Shown here: positions 13,235-27,319 of the stretch, piece by piece
Numbering within the stretch: position 1 is the first letter of the stretch
How the letters are laid out: every line of letters begins with the position of its first letter
Assembly: GCA_951406725.2 (NCBI GenBank)
Contig: OX597815.1
Coordinates: forward strand, 29,512,001-29,576,000
Reading direction: 5' to 3'
DNA from: Octopus vulgaris
Lineage: Eukaryota
Length of the DNA stretch: 64,000 nucleotides
Notes under the pieces: generated by a model
Told to the model about the DNA's origin: nothing
Database searches by the model: none
What the model saw: the letters and a program-made list of their open reading frames with translations, nothing else
Translations under genes and position numbers: made by a program

Positions 13235-13645
13235 TCATCATCATTTAATGTCAAACTGCCCAACCCATGCTGGAATGGGTTGGACAGTTAGACATGGAAT
13301 TGGTTAGCAGGGAGCTGTCCAGACTCCAACTGTCTGTTGTGGCATGGTTTCTATGGCTGGGTGCCCTTCCTAATGCCAACCACTTAACAGTGTGCTGGAT
13401 GCTTTTTATGTGCCACCAGCACAAGTGCATTTATGCAGCACTGGCATGGGTGCTTTTTAAGTGGCACTGGCACCTGACAGGACAAGCCTGTATGTGTGAA
13501 AGACAGTGATTGTACTTAGCTTAACATGTCTCATCAAGTACAGCAAATCGCTACATCGCATGGTCCCATGTCATTTCCTTAGTGAGGCCCAGTGCCCAAA
13601 AATCTTTTCTCACCACTTTGTCACATGTCTTCCAGGGTACTCTCC
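13235..13645 (-). mobile_element. RTE LINE 3' end (older copy)
   Basis: Reverse complement of the (GAT)n family plus an ORF-end remnant. Confidence 0.7.
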
Positions 13646-16600
13646 ACAATTAGAACTTGGTTCTTTTTTATGCAGCTGTCTTCACTCATATGCATACCAA
13701 AAGCAGAAGTAGTAGTAATAATTTCAAAAATTTTAGCAAAGGTTTTAAATCTTTCTATGAATATAACTTGAGAAAAGATAGGTTCCACCAAGATAATTTA
13801 ATTGAGGTAAAATACAGGGAGTTCCTTGATTGTGTACTAATTCTCCAGTGGTTCTTGATGCTCATCAGAAACAGAATAAAGACATGGAACTTTTGTTAAG
13901 TAACTGAGAGAAAAACTGTTTTAGTGTCAAAAGTCACAAGGATAGACAATAGATACTTATGGAAAAAGGTAGTCCTGTGACTAGAGGATTAAGTTTATTA
14001 ATATAGTTGGAATGTGTGAGTTGGTAGAATTGTTAGCATGCCAGGTAAAAAAAAAAATTGAGTGAACATATTATATATAGCATATTAAATTGATAAGATT
14101 AATATATGAACAGAAGCTCTTTTTAAAAAAGAAATGGTAATTATTTAAGTGTAGCAGATGGAAAGGAAGAAACTCTTGTAACTAATTCAATGCTTATTTA
14201 TTCACATTCTTTTGAATTGATCATTCATTATCTCATACCTTTGAGATTTCAATGATGAGATTGTATATTTCTATAATGACAAACATTGTAGGGAAGGTGA
14301 GAGAGTCCAGATCTGGGCTGGTATATGTACAGTTAGAATGCTAAAAGGTTAACCAATTAGATAATTTAGGAAGGTATTTACTTCTATGGGTCATATGTCA
14401 CTAGAAATATTTTTATGAAGATACAGATGATGATGATGCCTAAAAATAACATTAAAATTAAGAACATTGAATACCTGAGTATTTACCACTTAGGCCCAAT
14501 ACATTCCTGAACAAGTCATATGCAAGGTTCTAATTGAAGGCAATTTAGCATCTATTATAAAATTACTTCAAAACCTGAAAACTGAAACTTAAACATATGG
14601 AAAGAGAGTGAATAAGACCAAGCTGGTTCTTGGTGCTTTAGAGAGAAAGTGAATAGCTAAACTTTTCAGGGTGCTCTTCAAGTAACTCTTAAAATATAGA
14701 TTGTAGATTAGTAACTCCTATGAAATTGGTATGGGATAGTGTTCTTTTCTAATGATCTAAAGAAAGAATTTTTTTTTGTAAATAAGTTAGTCAAGACTTT
14801 TGCAGGCTCTTTCAAATTTGTGAGATTTATGCCACTGCTGCCAATCCCAAACATTTACAGTAGGCTTGAGGATGGAGGTAGGGGGAAACAAGGGTTTGGT
14901 CCAAATGCTTGCAAAGAGTGACTCTGCAAAAAAATATTTAAAGACCAGATGATATTTTTAAACTAGGTGATGTGTTATATATAGTTGCATCATGTTAATA
15001 TGAGTTGGATGCTAACAGCTACATGGATTTTTTGGAGACGTAGTGTAAGAGATGACAATCACATAACCAAGTAGAAAATGCTTGACTGAGGTTTGTTGTA
15101 TCACTTGCTCAGTGGCAAGATTTGAAAACATTAGCTTTAGGTTAGTAATTAACACCAACTTTAGTACTTAATCTGAATAAAGAAAAAAAATTAACATTAT
15201 CATAACTTTTACAAACTATACTGGCAATGTTAAAAATAATATGAAATGTGTTTGAAATAAAGTAAGAATATAGTCACGTTATTCAATTCATAGAAACGGC
15301 TGAGGAATTTCAGTCTTATTGCAACAGTTGTGATGTGCTAAGTTAAAGCAATAAGAATAAATATTTTTATGAATATTTTGGATAATACAATTGCAAATAA
15401 GAGTTAAATAGTTATAATTAGAAATTAATGAACCTGGTATATTATTTAGTCTTCGTCTTCAGAATCCATAAATACTTTTACTTTGAACAACTGTTAACTT
15501 TCTTCGAAGCACAAATGAGGCACACGATAAGATACTGCCTCCGCCCCGCCCCATCTGGAACAGCAATGTTGCTACAGACAAAAAAAAAAAAAAATAGGCT
15601 GCATCCAAAAGAAGACCATTCAACTGATTGGCAAGGACTCACCCACCAACACACCCCGATCTTTAAATCACCCTCACTCAAGATTTTGCATGAGTACTAA
15701 CAAGAGCCTTTGATACTCTGAGCTAATAATGACTTATAAACATCTACCCAAACATTCTCCTCTCGTCAGTTATTCTGTGTCTCTCCACCCAAACCCCACA
15801 TTAACCACTTCTTCCAATCCTTCTTTTCAGAATGTCGATCCTCCGGAATTCCCTTTCTCACTGATTTTACCTTCCAGATGTCAACCAACATCAATCTTAC
15901 CAGTCCTTAAGGGCTTTCAGTCAGCCCCGTCTTCGTAACCACATTAAAATATTGCCATATCGCTTTATGATAATTTAAATAGAAATTAAACTATTTGAAA
16001 ATTCATGTTAAGTAATGGTTTTTAAGTTTTACTTACGAGATTTAAGAAAATAAAACTAAAGATGGAAAGAATGGAACAAAAAAACCAGGTGAAAAGAAAT
16101 CTGTTTGCTTGATTTCCAGTATCATGCGCGGAGAAATTTTTTTAAATCCAAAATACAAGACTGCCAATTAAAATAAAAGTCTTCAAGAAATATTCTTTCA
16201 GATACAATTTGATTTTACAAGCATAAAATACAGCAACACAAATTGAAAAAAGTATCGTTGATAGATAAGAATTAGGAGATCAAGACAATGGTGACCTCGG
16301 TTGCTTCGTGTTTAGACAGAAGAAAAAAAATGCTTTACTCCAACAGAATGAAATTATGTTATTGTCAGGAAAGTGGTGTATATAAAATCCAAAGATCCAG
16401 CATTCGGTGTCGCGATTGTAAAGAAGAAAAACAAAAACAAGAAAGAATTGACCCGACTTCGCTTTGCGTGCTTACTGTAAATTTATCAATTGGCAGGTAT
16501 GTAAATATGCTAACGGGAGATAACTCTAAAATTTCCACTTGTACAGTTCGATAATTTAAATATAATGTACTTTTATATCATAACTCGAAAGCAAAATAAC

Positions 16601-17569
16601 AAGTCAACTCCAATATGTTCTGCATGAGATATTCTGAAGCAGACGGCTAATTTGGTTAATCAGAAACGCATAGCGTGATATAAATGGAAACAGGAATAAA
16701 ATTATATCGATGGGAATTTTAAAATTTTTAACCAAATACATTTATTTCAAAAATATGTAAAATATATGTACGTGTATACAATGTATAGTAATTTCATTAG
16801 CTGTTGGTTAAGAAGTTCTCTTGACAATAATGAAACCCTGCGTTCGATCCCACAAATCGACATGTTGGTCAAGTATTTTCCACCATAAACTCAGCTTAAT
16901 CCAAGGCATACGAAGGAAAATGAAGAGAAGAAAATTCATAAAATCTTTTGCATGGATTGCTTAGTCAAGTTGAGCTCATATGAAGATTACATTATGTGTA
17001 CAATTTTCTGGAGAATTCTCAACCACTAACGCCAACCCCGTCTAGCAAACAACTGGAACACTTATTGTCCATCATTATCCAAGTCAACAGTAGCATCACC
17101 AATAAACATACATACTGTTGGGTTACACAAGTTAGAGTTCTAGCTATCTGATCAGTGGGAATTCAACTAATTGCAATATAGTATAAATATGTTTATCACA
17201 ACACAGAATCAGTGTGACAATGCAAGAACTTTGAACATTTACAATCTCCACAATGGGATGGAACCCAGAACCCCATGATTGATATCTTATGTAACACAAA
17301 CTGTGTATATATATATCACCGTGATCACCGTGACCGACCAGGTTATCAGATGTTGCTACACATCGCTGGTCACAACGCGCTTCGCATTGTTTTAGCCTTC
17401 AAATGACGCCACCCTGCTGGCTAAGCAAGCAGGCCAATATATTTATATATATATATATATATATATCACACATATACAAATAAAACACACATATACTGTG
17501 TGTGTGTGTTTAACTTATGTATATTAGATGTTTGGGCCAAAGCTTACCAAGCCCATGTCTAACATAATA

Positions 17570-18310
17570 GCATCATCTGATAGAATCAATTTCAGTTTAA
17601 GTCATTTTTGTGGTATCACTGCCCACTTAAGCAGGGAGTTGTTGTTGACAGAGATGTATCCAGGTAAAAGTGGTTTGTATGCCATTTCTTGAAGAATTTT
17701 TCAAGATATTGTTTGAAGGTTTATGGGATTTTTTTCTTTGATTTGCTTTGGTATCATATTAAATAGAGCAGGGATAGTTGTGGAAAAAGTAACTGTGTTG
17801 CTATGTGCTTATGTGTTATGACCCTGAGCTGCATATAGCACAGGGTCCTATTTGGGTAAATATTCTCCACACTGTTATGGTGTTCAAGAGAAAAGCGTTT
17901 CAATATTTTAAGATGGTCCCAATAATCAAGATTAGTACTTTTGCAATTTCCACCTTGGGTGCCTTAATTCTTGTAGTATTTAGTTTGATATGAGGAGACC
18001 ACTGACCAGGGAGAAGAATATTCTAAGTGTGACTGTGCAAAGGAGGACCACAACATCTGGCTCTCTACACTGAAAAGTTCTAGGGATCCAGGAGCACATC
18101 TTTGCAATCCTTATCGACTTAATACTTGATGTGAGCACTCCAACTGAAGTTATTATCAACAATTAAACCTAAGTCTGTGTTGAAATCCATGATTGGACCT
18201 CCTGAAGGAAGACAGTATGGTCGTTCAAGCACATTCTCTTTTCCAAAGTATATAACTCCAAAATTTTCCTCATTTAGTAGCATGTTGTTTCTATCTGGCC
18301 TTTAATTTAC
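17570..18310 (-). pseudogene. Decayed CR1-like LINE RT C-terminus
   Basis: RIAKMCSWIPRTFQCREP segment and a downstream LFNMIPKQI-like segment; related to the LINE end at 55445-55770. Confidence 0.7.
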
Positions 18311-18325
18311 AGCATGCATGCGTAT

Positions 18326-18536
18326 CATCATTATCATCATTTAACGTCCGTTTTCCATGCTAGCATGGGTTGGACGGTTCGACCGGGGTCTGGTAAGCCA
18401 TGGAGGTTGCACCAGGCTCCAGTCTGGTTTGGCAGTGCTTCTACAGCTGGATGCCCTTCCTAACGCCAACCATTTCGTGAGTGTACTGGGTGTTTTTTTA
18501 CGTGCCACCGGCACAGGGGCCAGAGGAAGCTGGCAA
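18326..18536 (-). mobile_element. RTE LINE 3' end
   Basis: Near-identical to 3727-3930. Confidence 0.85.
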
Positions 18537-20236
18537 ATATAAATATGTACATATATGCACATACATTTTTATATGCATATATAGAAATATATGCCTATAC
18601 ATATAATTTATATATGTATGATATATATATATACAACATTGAAGGATCACTCAATACTTTTTAGTAGAGTAACACCTATTTTATTTTCATGTAAAATAAA
18701 GTGTGTGTGTATGTGTGCATATGTGTCATCATCATTTAACGCCCATGATCCATGCTGGCATGGGTTGGACTGTGTGTGTGTGTGACTGTATTTTTACACA
18801 CACACACACATTCACAAATTGTGTGTGTAATGTATTCATAATACATACATATATACTGTATGTACATATATATGTATATAATTTATGTATCTTCATATGT
18901 ATACACATACACACACACATATGCATACGTATACACGATGAAAGTTAATAAATGGGTGGAATCGAGTAATTAGTGTATATTATAGAAGCTGATATTATAT
19001 ATTGAAGTAGAATTGTTAAGTTTATTGTCTTTATCCCAATTATCAATCTCAGTTCTTTCTCTCCCACCATTTCCCTTTTTTTCTTTTTTTTTTTAGCTTT
19101 CATGAAATCAGAAAAATATTCAAGTTTCAAACTATGATATTAACGATGAAATATGTATTCATTGTATAAAGAAAAAGTTATCTTTGAGAATAAGAAGAAC
19201 CAAAATATTTATAATTATCTTTTATTATCAGGTGAGAAGAGTATGTGCGCGCACGCGAGTGTGTTTGTGTACGTCCGTATCTATGTATATATATGTATGT
19301 GTGTGTGTGAATATTTGTATAATGAAAAGTACTATAAAAATATCAGGGTATTTCCCATCATCTTGTCTTCTAAATGCTCATACTTTAAATTATACAGTTA
19401 CGAACTGGCTAAAGCATCCAGTTAAAGTAAAACTGTCTGTGGGCTCCAAATTGTCATCCAAGTTCATACATTAATCAAGACGCGACAAGGGTACAATGCA
19501 ATTAAGTTAGAGAAGATTTTCCTCCGTATAAGTGATTTTGGAAGAAAATTTGTCGTAGTGGATTATTCAGTAAAGCAAAAAAAATTTTTTTTAAATAAAT
19601 AAATAAATAAAAGGAACAGCACATCCTTTTCTCTGAAAGTTAACATATATTTTGTTACAATGAATAAAAAAAAGAAAGAGATGTATTTTATTCAAAGACA
19701 GAAACAACTGGTTTATTTTGTTACAAATTCGCAGCAAAAAGAAATGTTTACAGGTCTCTAAAATACATCATCGAAAGCCTGTTTTCTGTTCTTTCTTCAT
19801 TACGAATGCGATTTCAATAATGACTATCAAATTATTTTAGTGCATGATGCAAGAAAAACAATAAGGAAACAATTTTTTTGTTTGCTACATTATAATTATA
19901 TAATGCGTGAAGATTCAGCTCCCGCCCTCTACCACCCCCAAGTGTCACTTGACAACCACGTCCAGAAAGATCCTTCGAGTCTTCTTCCTCCTCCTTATTA
20001 GTTGCTATATGGTAACGGATGGTGCAATACAAATATATTATTGACTAGAGAAAAGGAAAATATTGCCACTGTTTTCCAAGGGCTCTAAATTTAGATGATA
20101 GTTATCAATTAATTAACCTTAATTATTAGAAGTGTTCTTTTCTTTAATTTTAGTTAAAAGTGTTTTTTTTTTGTTTTAATTTTCACTTCTTCTCCTTTGA
20201 GTCCAGTTAAATGGGGACAACTTACACTATACATAC

Positions 20237-20295
<59 letters not shown>

Positions 20296-21499
20296 TATAT
20301 ATGTCTGTGTGTGTGAGAGAGAGAGAGAGAGAGAACGATATGTATATGTGTGTGCCTTGATAATTATGTTAAATAGGTGCTCGTCGAAGCCATTCTCAAA
20401 TACTAATACTTAAAATGTATAAAACAACAAATACTAATATATTATCAATCCAGAGTAGAACTTTCTGGAGGGAAGATGATCACATACTGAGAATGAATAA
20501 TGGAAACAACAATAATAACAAAAGTTAAAAATACATTTCGCATCACGCATATGTAAATAAGCTAAAATTATTCCAAGGTCTGAACTTTCCAGAGTCAGGT
20601 TTGATGTATTGAGGTTGAGACCAAAACCAGCCCAAAGGATCACAGATTTCATTAAGTTGGGCTTGTGCAAGATAAAACATTGCAACACATCAACAGATTA
20701 CTGTCACAACTCCATATGTTGTTGTGAAAATATATCTTGTCGTCGTGGCTTCAGAGCTGAAAGGGGGAAGATATGTGGGGAATAACAATGGAAAATTCCT
20801 TGAAAGTTCGCCCCTCGTTCCTAATCAGAGTAAGATCGACGGAAAAGTCGTCCGCTATTAAAAAGTAAAACAAATTATTTACTTTGTGTTGGGAAAAACT
20901 AAGGAAATTAGATTATATTAAACTGAATTTTTATTCCAATTAAATGACTATCTCGTCTTTCTTTTTTTTGGCCATAGCAATTCAATTATCAGAACTGATG
21001 ATGGAAGAGAACAGGCAATATTTCAACGAAGTTAGTCAACAAGAATTCTTTTTTCCTTTTTAGATTTTCCACTTTTGAAAAAACCATATTTATACAGACA
21101 TATTTTAAAACACTGAAAGAAAAACGAATCACCTGAAACGAGTTAAAAAGTTCACTAATGTAAGGTTGTTCTCTTTACAAAGTGTTGTTACAAGTAAAAT
21201 AAATACAAAAATATATATAAACCTTTTGATTGGTGGGGTGGGGGTGAAATAGTCAACACAAAACGAGAGACTTGGTGAAGAGAAACGATAATTTTCAGCT
21301 AAATTCCATAATGACAAGTAAAAATAATGATTGAAAATGATTCTGGACTTACTTTGGCTGATCGTTTTCAACTTTAAATGTCAATGCGTGAGTTAATATA
21401 TCGTTTTGGGTGGCTCTTTCTTGTCGTGTTTACATTATTTCACTTCAAAGTAGTAATCAACATGGAGTTTTGTTTTGATTCTGCAGAGGACGACGGTGG

Positions 21500-21575
21500 A
21501 CCAGTGCGCGTGACTGTGACGTCATGGCACCATTTTGGCCAATCAACTGCCGCTGATTCATAACGTGCACACGCC
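21500..21575. promoter_or_regulatory. Candidate promoter/enhancer core with CRE and CCAAT box
   Basis: Perfect TGACGTCA at 21517-21524 and GGCCAATCA at 21537-21545 in a locally GC/CpG-rich, TE-free stretch. Confidence 0.45.
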
Positions 21576-23833
21576 TCTTCAGCTTGGGGTGAGCTGGAAG
21601 AATGTACTATATCCTTTTCTAAGATATCAAGTCCACTTACCATTCTATATTGAACTTCTTTGGAGTAATTTCCAGTTACCTTCTAATGAAACTTCCAAAA
21701 TAAGGCAACGTTGCAAACATCCTCGAGAAAGCTGTATTGTTTTTATTAGATTGCATTTCTATTTATTTATATATATATATATATATAAGGCAACACTTAG
21801 CAAAGTGCGTGTGTTTCCTGTTGAGATTCTATATCGCATTCATTCTTTTCCGATCTTTCCCTCTTATTTTATTTATATAATCTGAAGGCTAATATAATTC
21901 TATCGAAGCTGTGATGGCATTAAGTGTTTCTGAGATTTTTTCTTTCTGTTTTCATCTTGTTTTTTTCTCAATAAACTTAGAAAAAAGAGGTCAGGATATT
22001 GTGATGAAGGTCAAGGTGACGTGTTTGTTTTGTTTTGTAAAAACCCTAAAGAGAAAACGATTGTCAACAAATGGGCCATTGCTAGTGTAAAAGTGTAAAA
22101 TTCATCGGAATTTAATGCATTGATTGGTATTTTTCTGCTCCTTAAAGAACTCGGCAGCCAAAGAAAAATCTAAAACCTTTATTTAACAGCGATAATAAAT
22201 AATAAAGCGATTATCTTTAACGATCGTTGAAGATGGTTCCATGAATAGATAGGTATGTATGATGGGCGAAAGGTGACTCTTAAGTGAAGGATCTTCTTTG
22301 CAGAACTGTATTGCTTTGTAAGATTATTTGTACTTTATTGTCTCATGTTGTCACAACCAATAGCTTGCTCTGCTCAAACTACTTTCTAGTGATGACTCCG
22401 AATTATTTTGGATCTATTCCAGCTTGCGATAGTGGCTAGTTGCTGATGAACTGACAGGTTGGTTTTTCGTGTCGATCTTTCTAGTATAAATAATCTGCAT
22501 GCTGGTCTTGAAATAAGGGGGAAAGAATATTTTTTAAATATTCACAGAGCTAAAAGGAGAATGAGAAAAAGATAGACACTCCAAAGAAATTCATAAGGGT
22601 GCACGATGTTTTTAGGGGCGACAGTTTACAAGTTGCAACCCGAATATTTTTCTAAATGCATTTTTTTGTCATTATTTTAATTCCAATTTCTGTGTTTATT
22701 ATTATGATTTTAAAATCCGTCATTTTTAGAATTTGTTTCTATTTCACTTTCGATTTAATTCTCGAACAAAAATTGATAGTAAAAAAATATTTCATTTTCG
22801 AATGTCTTTGATATTAATTCCCATGCAATGCGTTAGAAATCTGAAATAAAATGAGTAATATTTTATTTTCTTCTGCCTTTCCAACTTTGCTTTTTACGAC
22901 TATAAAAACAGTGACATAATTTATTAAGAATTACTTGATTGGTTAACACGATGGAGTTTATACTAACCTAGGACACGTCGACCTCCCAAACTTTCGTTAT
23001 TGTTATCCGAGCTACTTAAGAAGTTTTTGTTGATTTTTATCTTTACCATTTATTTTATTATTAAATTGCAGTCTCGTAATTTTACAGATTGACTCATTTT
23101 TATCATTTTTTTATATGAATGGAAAGAAGAGAAAAATAAAAACCGAAAGATCAGAGATATTCAAACAAATATTCATTTCTGTATATGTGTATGTGTGTAT
23201 AATATAATATAATATAATATAATATAATATAATATAATATAATATAATGGGCACAGACTCACACACGCGCATACTCATACACACATTACGTATATGCTAT
23301 ATATGAGTGTGATTTATATATACCTGTGCGATGTGTGTCAAAAATTCTATCAATAGATTTCATGCAGATGACAAAGGCGAAGGCACAGCTTTTAGTAAAA
23401 GGATGGCCCCACAGAAGGTAGATATTTACGCGTACAGTGTTGTGATTTGTGAATACTTACTTTACCGTTTATCTGTCCCAGATTACCGATTTAATTGAAC
23501 AAGCATTAAAGGTTATTGTTTTTACTTGTGTTAGTTATTAAAACAAGTATCGCTTGCAGATTTGAAGTATCTTTGTATGATGACTTGATAACACCATTCT
23601 CTTCAATGAGATTTACAATTATTGACCTTGAAGAGAAATATAAAGCAACACGAAACAAAAAAAAAAAAGAAAAAACATGTAGAAAAGGAGACAAACCTAC
23701 TAAATGTTTGTGTGTGTGTGTGTGTGCAGACACATAAGTATATAACTATCTAAACACACACATACATATATGTGTGTATAATACACACACACGTGTGTAT
23801 GTATATATGCATATACATATATATATATATGTG

Positions 23834-23864
<31 letters not shown>

Positions 23865-23890
23865 GCACACACAGACAGACACACACACAC

Positions 23891-23934
<44 letters not shown>

Positions 23935-23939
<5 letters not shown>

Positions 23940-24082
23940 AGGTGTGGCTCTGTGGTAAATAGCTTGCTTACAAACCTCATGGTTCCAGGTTCAGTCCCAC
24001 TGCATGGCACCTTGGACAAGTGTCTTCTACTATAGCCTTGTGAGTGGATTTGATAGATGGAAACTGAAACAAGCCTGTTGTA

Positions 24083-24141
<59 letters not shown>

Positions 24142-24352
24142 ATGTGTTACCTGTATATGTGTCTGTGTTTGTTCCCCTATATTTTTATGCACAGTTCTGA
24201 CAACCGATATTGGTGTGTAACTTAGCAGTTCGGTAAATGAGACTGATAGAATAAGTACTAGGCTTACAAAGAATAAGTCCTGGGGTCGATTTGCTCGACT
24301 AAAGGCAGTGCTCCAGCATGGCCAGAGTCAAATGACTGAAACAAGTAAAAGA

Positions 24353-24354
<2 letters not shown>
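23935..24354 (+). mobile_element. SINE family A inserted in (TA)n
   Basis: Head and tail match family A; flanked by long (TA)n runs. Confidence 0.88.
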
Positions 24355-24391
<37 letters not shown>

Positions 24392-24802
24392 GATAGATAG
24401 ATAAGGTTGGTAGATATAGACATACACACACATATATTATATAGATAGACAGATGATAATGATATTTCAGTTATGTATGCAGCAATGTTCAAGCTAATTA
24501 ACTGATTATCATTTTTCTCTCTGGAGATAATAATTCTCATTATTCAGAATGCAACAATATGTGACACGATGATACGACAATAATTTCTGTATGAGTCTAA
24601 CTGGACATAGACATCTCAATTTCTGATTCCAAGTAATGCACACTACAAATATATGAGCATCATAATTGCATATTTTTATGCACAGTTCTGACTCACAGTG
24701 CACATATAATTGCTAGTTAAATTTCTACAGGTACGCCTTAAACCTTGTCAGGTACTTATAATATTTAAAGTGTGTGAGTGCATATATATCTATATATAAT
24801 AT

Positions 24803-24938
24803 ATCTGTAAATGTAATATGTGACAATTATTCAATAGCCATGATAAAACTCCAAGTTTCGGCATCTGGAACTCGGAGTTTTATCATAGCTACCGAATAAT
24901 TACATTTACAGATAATTACATATTACATTTACAGATAA
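24803..24938. repeat. Palindromic MITE-like element
   Basis: attattcaatagccatgataaaactccaagtttc pairs with gaactcggagttttatcatagctaccgaataat; outer arms atctgtaaatgtaatatgt / acatattacatttacagat. Confidence 0.65.
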
Positions 24939-25283
24939 ATTCATCTATTTACATAATATTGAGGTCTTTTCCATTCTTTTGTTGTCTTACCATTTTTATC
25001 TATATATAATATATATATATATATATAACTTCCCAGTAAACATGAACTTTATTTTAAAAAATTGACTCTACACCCAGTAAATGTTCCGTTGTTTTTAAGA
25101 ATAATATTTTAAATTATGACCTCAATTTAATGTACACATACATAGTATAATGGGTGTATTTTATATAAAATTATATACAAAATAACTGAGCATGATGTTT
25201 AGGTAGAGAATTAGATTTATTTTTACAATGTGTGTGTTTGCATGCATGTGTGTAAAAGTATATATATCATACATGTGTGTATG

Positions 25284-25320
<37 letters not shown>

Positions 25321-25374
25321 GTGTGTGATCATCACCATCATCATCTTCATTTAACATCCATTTTCCATGTTATG

Positions 25375-25790
25375 TGTCTGCATGGTAAGAAACTTGCTTC
25401 TCAACTATATGGTCTGAGGTTCAGGCCCACTGCATCACACATTGGGAAAGTGTCTTCTACTATAACTCTGGGCTGACCAAAGCCTTTTGAGTGGATTTGG
25501 TTGACGGTAACTGAAAGAAGCCTATCATATATGTGTGTGTGTGTGTGTGTGCCAAAACTGCTCATGACATTTATGTATATATATATATATGTGTGTGTGT
25601 TTGTTTTTCGGTGTTTGGTTCCCACCACCACTTGACGACTGATGTTGGTTTGTTTACATCCCTGTAACGTAGCAGTTCAGCAAAAAGAGACCAGTAGAAT
25701 AAGTACCAGGTTTATAAATAAGTAATGGGTTGATTTGTTCGACTAAACCCTTCAAGGCAGTGCCTCAGCATGGTTGCAGTCCAAAGACTA
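25375..25790 (+). mobile_element. SINE family A (diverged)
   Basis: Homology to family A body and tail. Confidence 0.8.
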
Positions 25791-25869
25791 ACATGGACTT
25801 GGTATTCGGTATTGAATATTCCCATCAGTAAATGTTCAATTGTTGTTAAAATTGCTTTAAAATACCTTA

Positions 25870-25949
25870 AAAATAATAATAATATTAATAATAATAATAC
25901 CTTAATAATAATGATAATAATAATAATAATAGTAGTAGTAGTAGTAGTA

Positions 25950-25997
<48 letters not shown>
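25870..25997. repeat. (AAT)n/(AGT)n compound microsatellite
   Basis: Direct reading. Confidence 0.95.
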
Positions 25998-25999
<2 letters not shown>

Positions 26000-26199
26000 C
26001 AGAAACAACAACATCCATTCATGAATTTATTTATTTATTAATTTTTTAAATACATATTTTACCTGTGAATTTGCGTGTGTAATCTGGGAATGCATACAAT
26101 GAACTTCTCTGCCCTAAGTGTACAGAAAACACTCAGCGAGAAACGGAAGAAAATTTGAAGAAAGAAGGAAAATAATAATAATAATAATAATAATGATAA

Positions 26200-26645
26200 T
26201 AATCCTTTCTACAAGGCCTGAAATTTTGGCGGGAGGGGACTAGTCAATTACATTGACTCCAGTATTTCACTGGTACTTAATTTATCAACTCCGAAAGGAT
26301 GAAAGGTAAAGTCAACTTCAGTGGAAATTGAACTCAGAATGTAGCGACAGATGAAATACTGCTAAGCATTTCGCCCAGTGTGCTAACGATTCTGCCAGCC
26401 TACCACCTTGATAATGATAGTAACAGTAGTCCTTTCTACTATAGACATAAGGCCTGAAATATTTTGGGGAGGGGTGTTGTTGATTACATTGACCACAGTC
26501 CTCAACTGGTACTTAATTTATTGACCCTGCCAAAATGATTAAAGGCAAAGTTGACCATGGTGGAATTTGAACTCTGAATGTAAAGATAAATAAAAGCTGC
26601 TAAGAATTTTGTCTGATATGCTAACAATTCTGCTGGTTCACCACA
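26200..26645 (-). mobile_element. Two tandem SINE family C copies
   Basis: Same unit as the 8850-11340 array. Confidence 0.82.
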
Positions 26646-27319
26646 TTAACTTGTTTGAAAATAATAATATTGGTTTAACACACACACATACACACACACA
26701 CTGATTGTATTTTATGCAAAATTATATACAAGACAACCTGACATATTTCTTCATTACCACTCTGTAACGACAATAAATGTACCCCTAGAATCCACACACT
26801 CTTTTTGTTCTATTCTTCTATCGGAGTCACTTTAGGCACTTAACCTTGAAAATTTATAAGGCAATCTTCATTTGTGCTGTTGCCACAAAAAAACAAAAAC
26901 AAAAAAAAACATCCAAATTATTCTGCATAATGGTTGTTGTAAGAACGGACACCCAGCCATAAAAAAAAAAGCCCTACCAAAACAGATGCTGGGTATAGTG
27001 TCGGTGTCAGACTCATCAGATTCTATCAAACTGTCCAACACATGCCAGCGGTAAAGTCAGACATTAAACGATGATAATGATGATGACCCCGCCTCCCACA
27101 CATTAATGTATGCATAAATGTCGGCTGCATATTACTCCCCTCCTTTCTTTGCACTACCTGTTACCTCTTCCCCTAGAAACTTCCCTCCCTTATTCTCATT
27201 GCCCTCCCTTACTTTCCCACACAATGGGATCCTGAGGTGGTCTGACTTACAGGAAATTGTATATCCCACTCCTTAATGCAACGTTTCTCCATATATTTAA
27301 GCTTCTTAATATTAATGAT

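Noticed and set aside
15490-15700. Minus-strand exon pair separated by a 71-nt intron (15696-15643, then from 15571)
   Set aside because: The acceptor is a poly-A/T run, the peptide is unrecognisable and ends quickly; too likely to be chance.
22385-22458. Possible C/D-box snoRNA (GTGATGA at 22389; CTGA at 22443 and 22451)
   Set aside because: Weak terminal stem, no recognisable rRNA or snRNA guide, no known host intron; such boxes occur by chance.
23700-24225. YI/CV/HT-repeat ORFs (also 18591-18948, 25712-26024, 38068-38471)
   Set aside because: Translations of (TA)n, (CA)n, (AAT)n and (CATA)n repeats.
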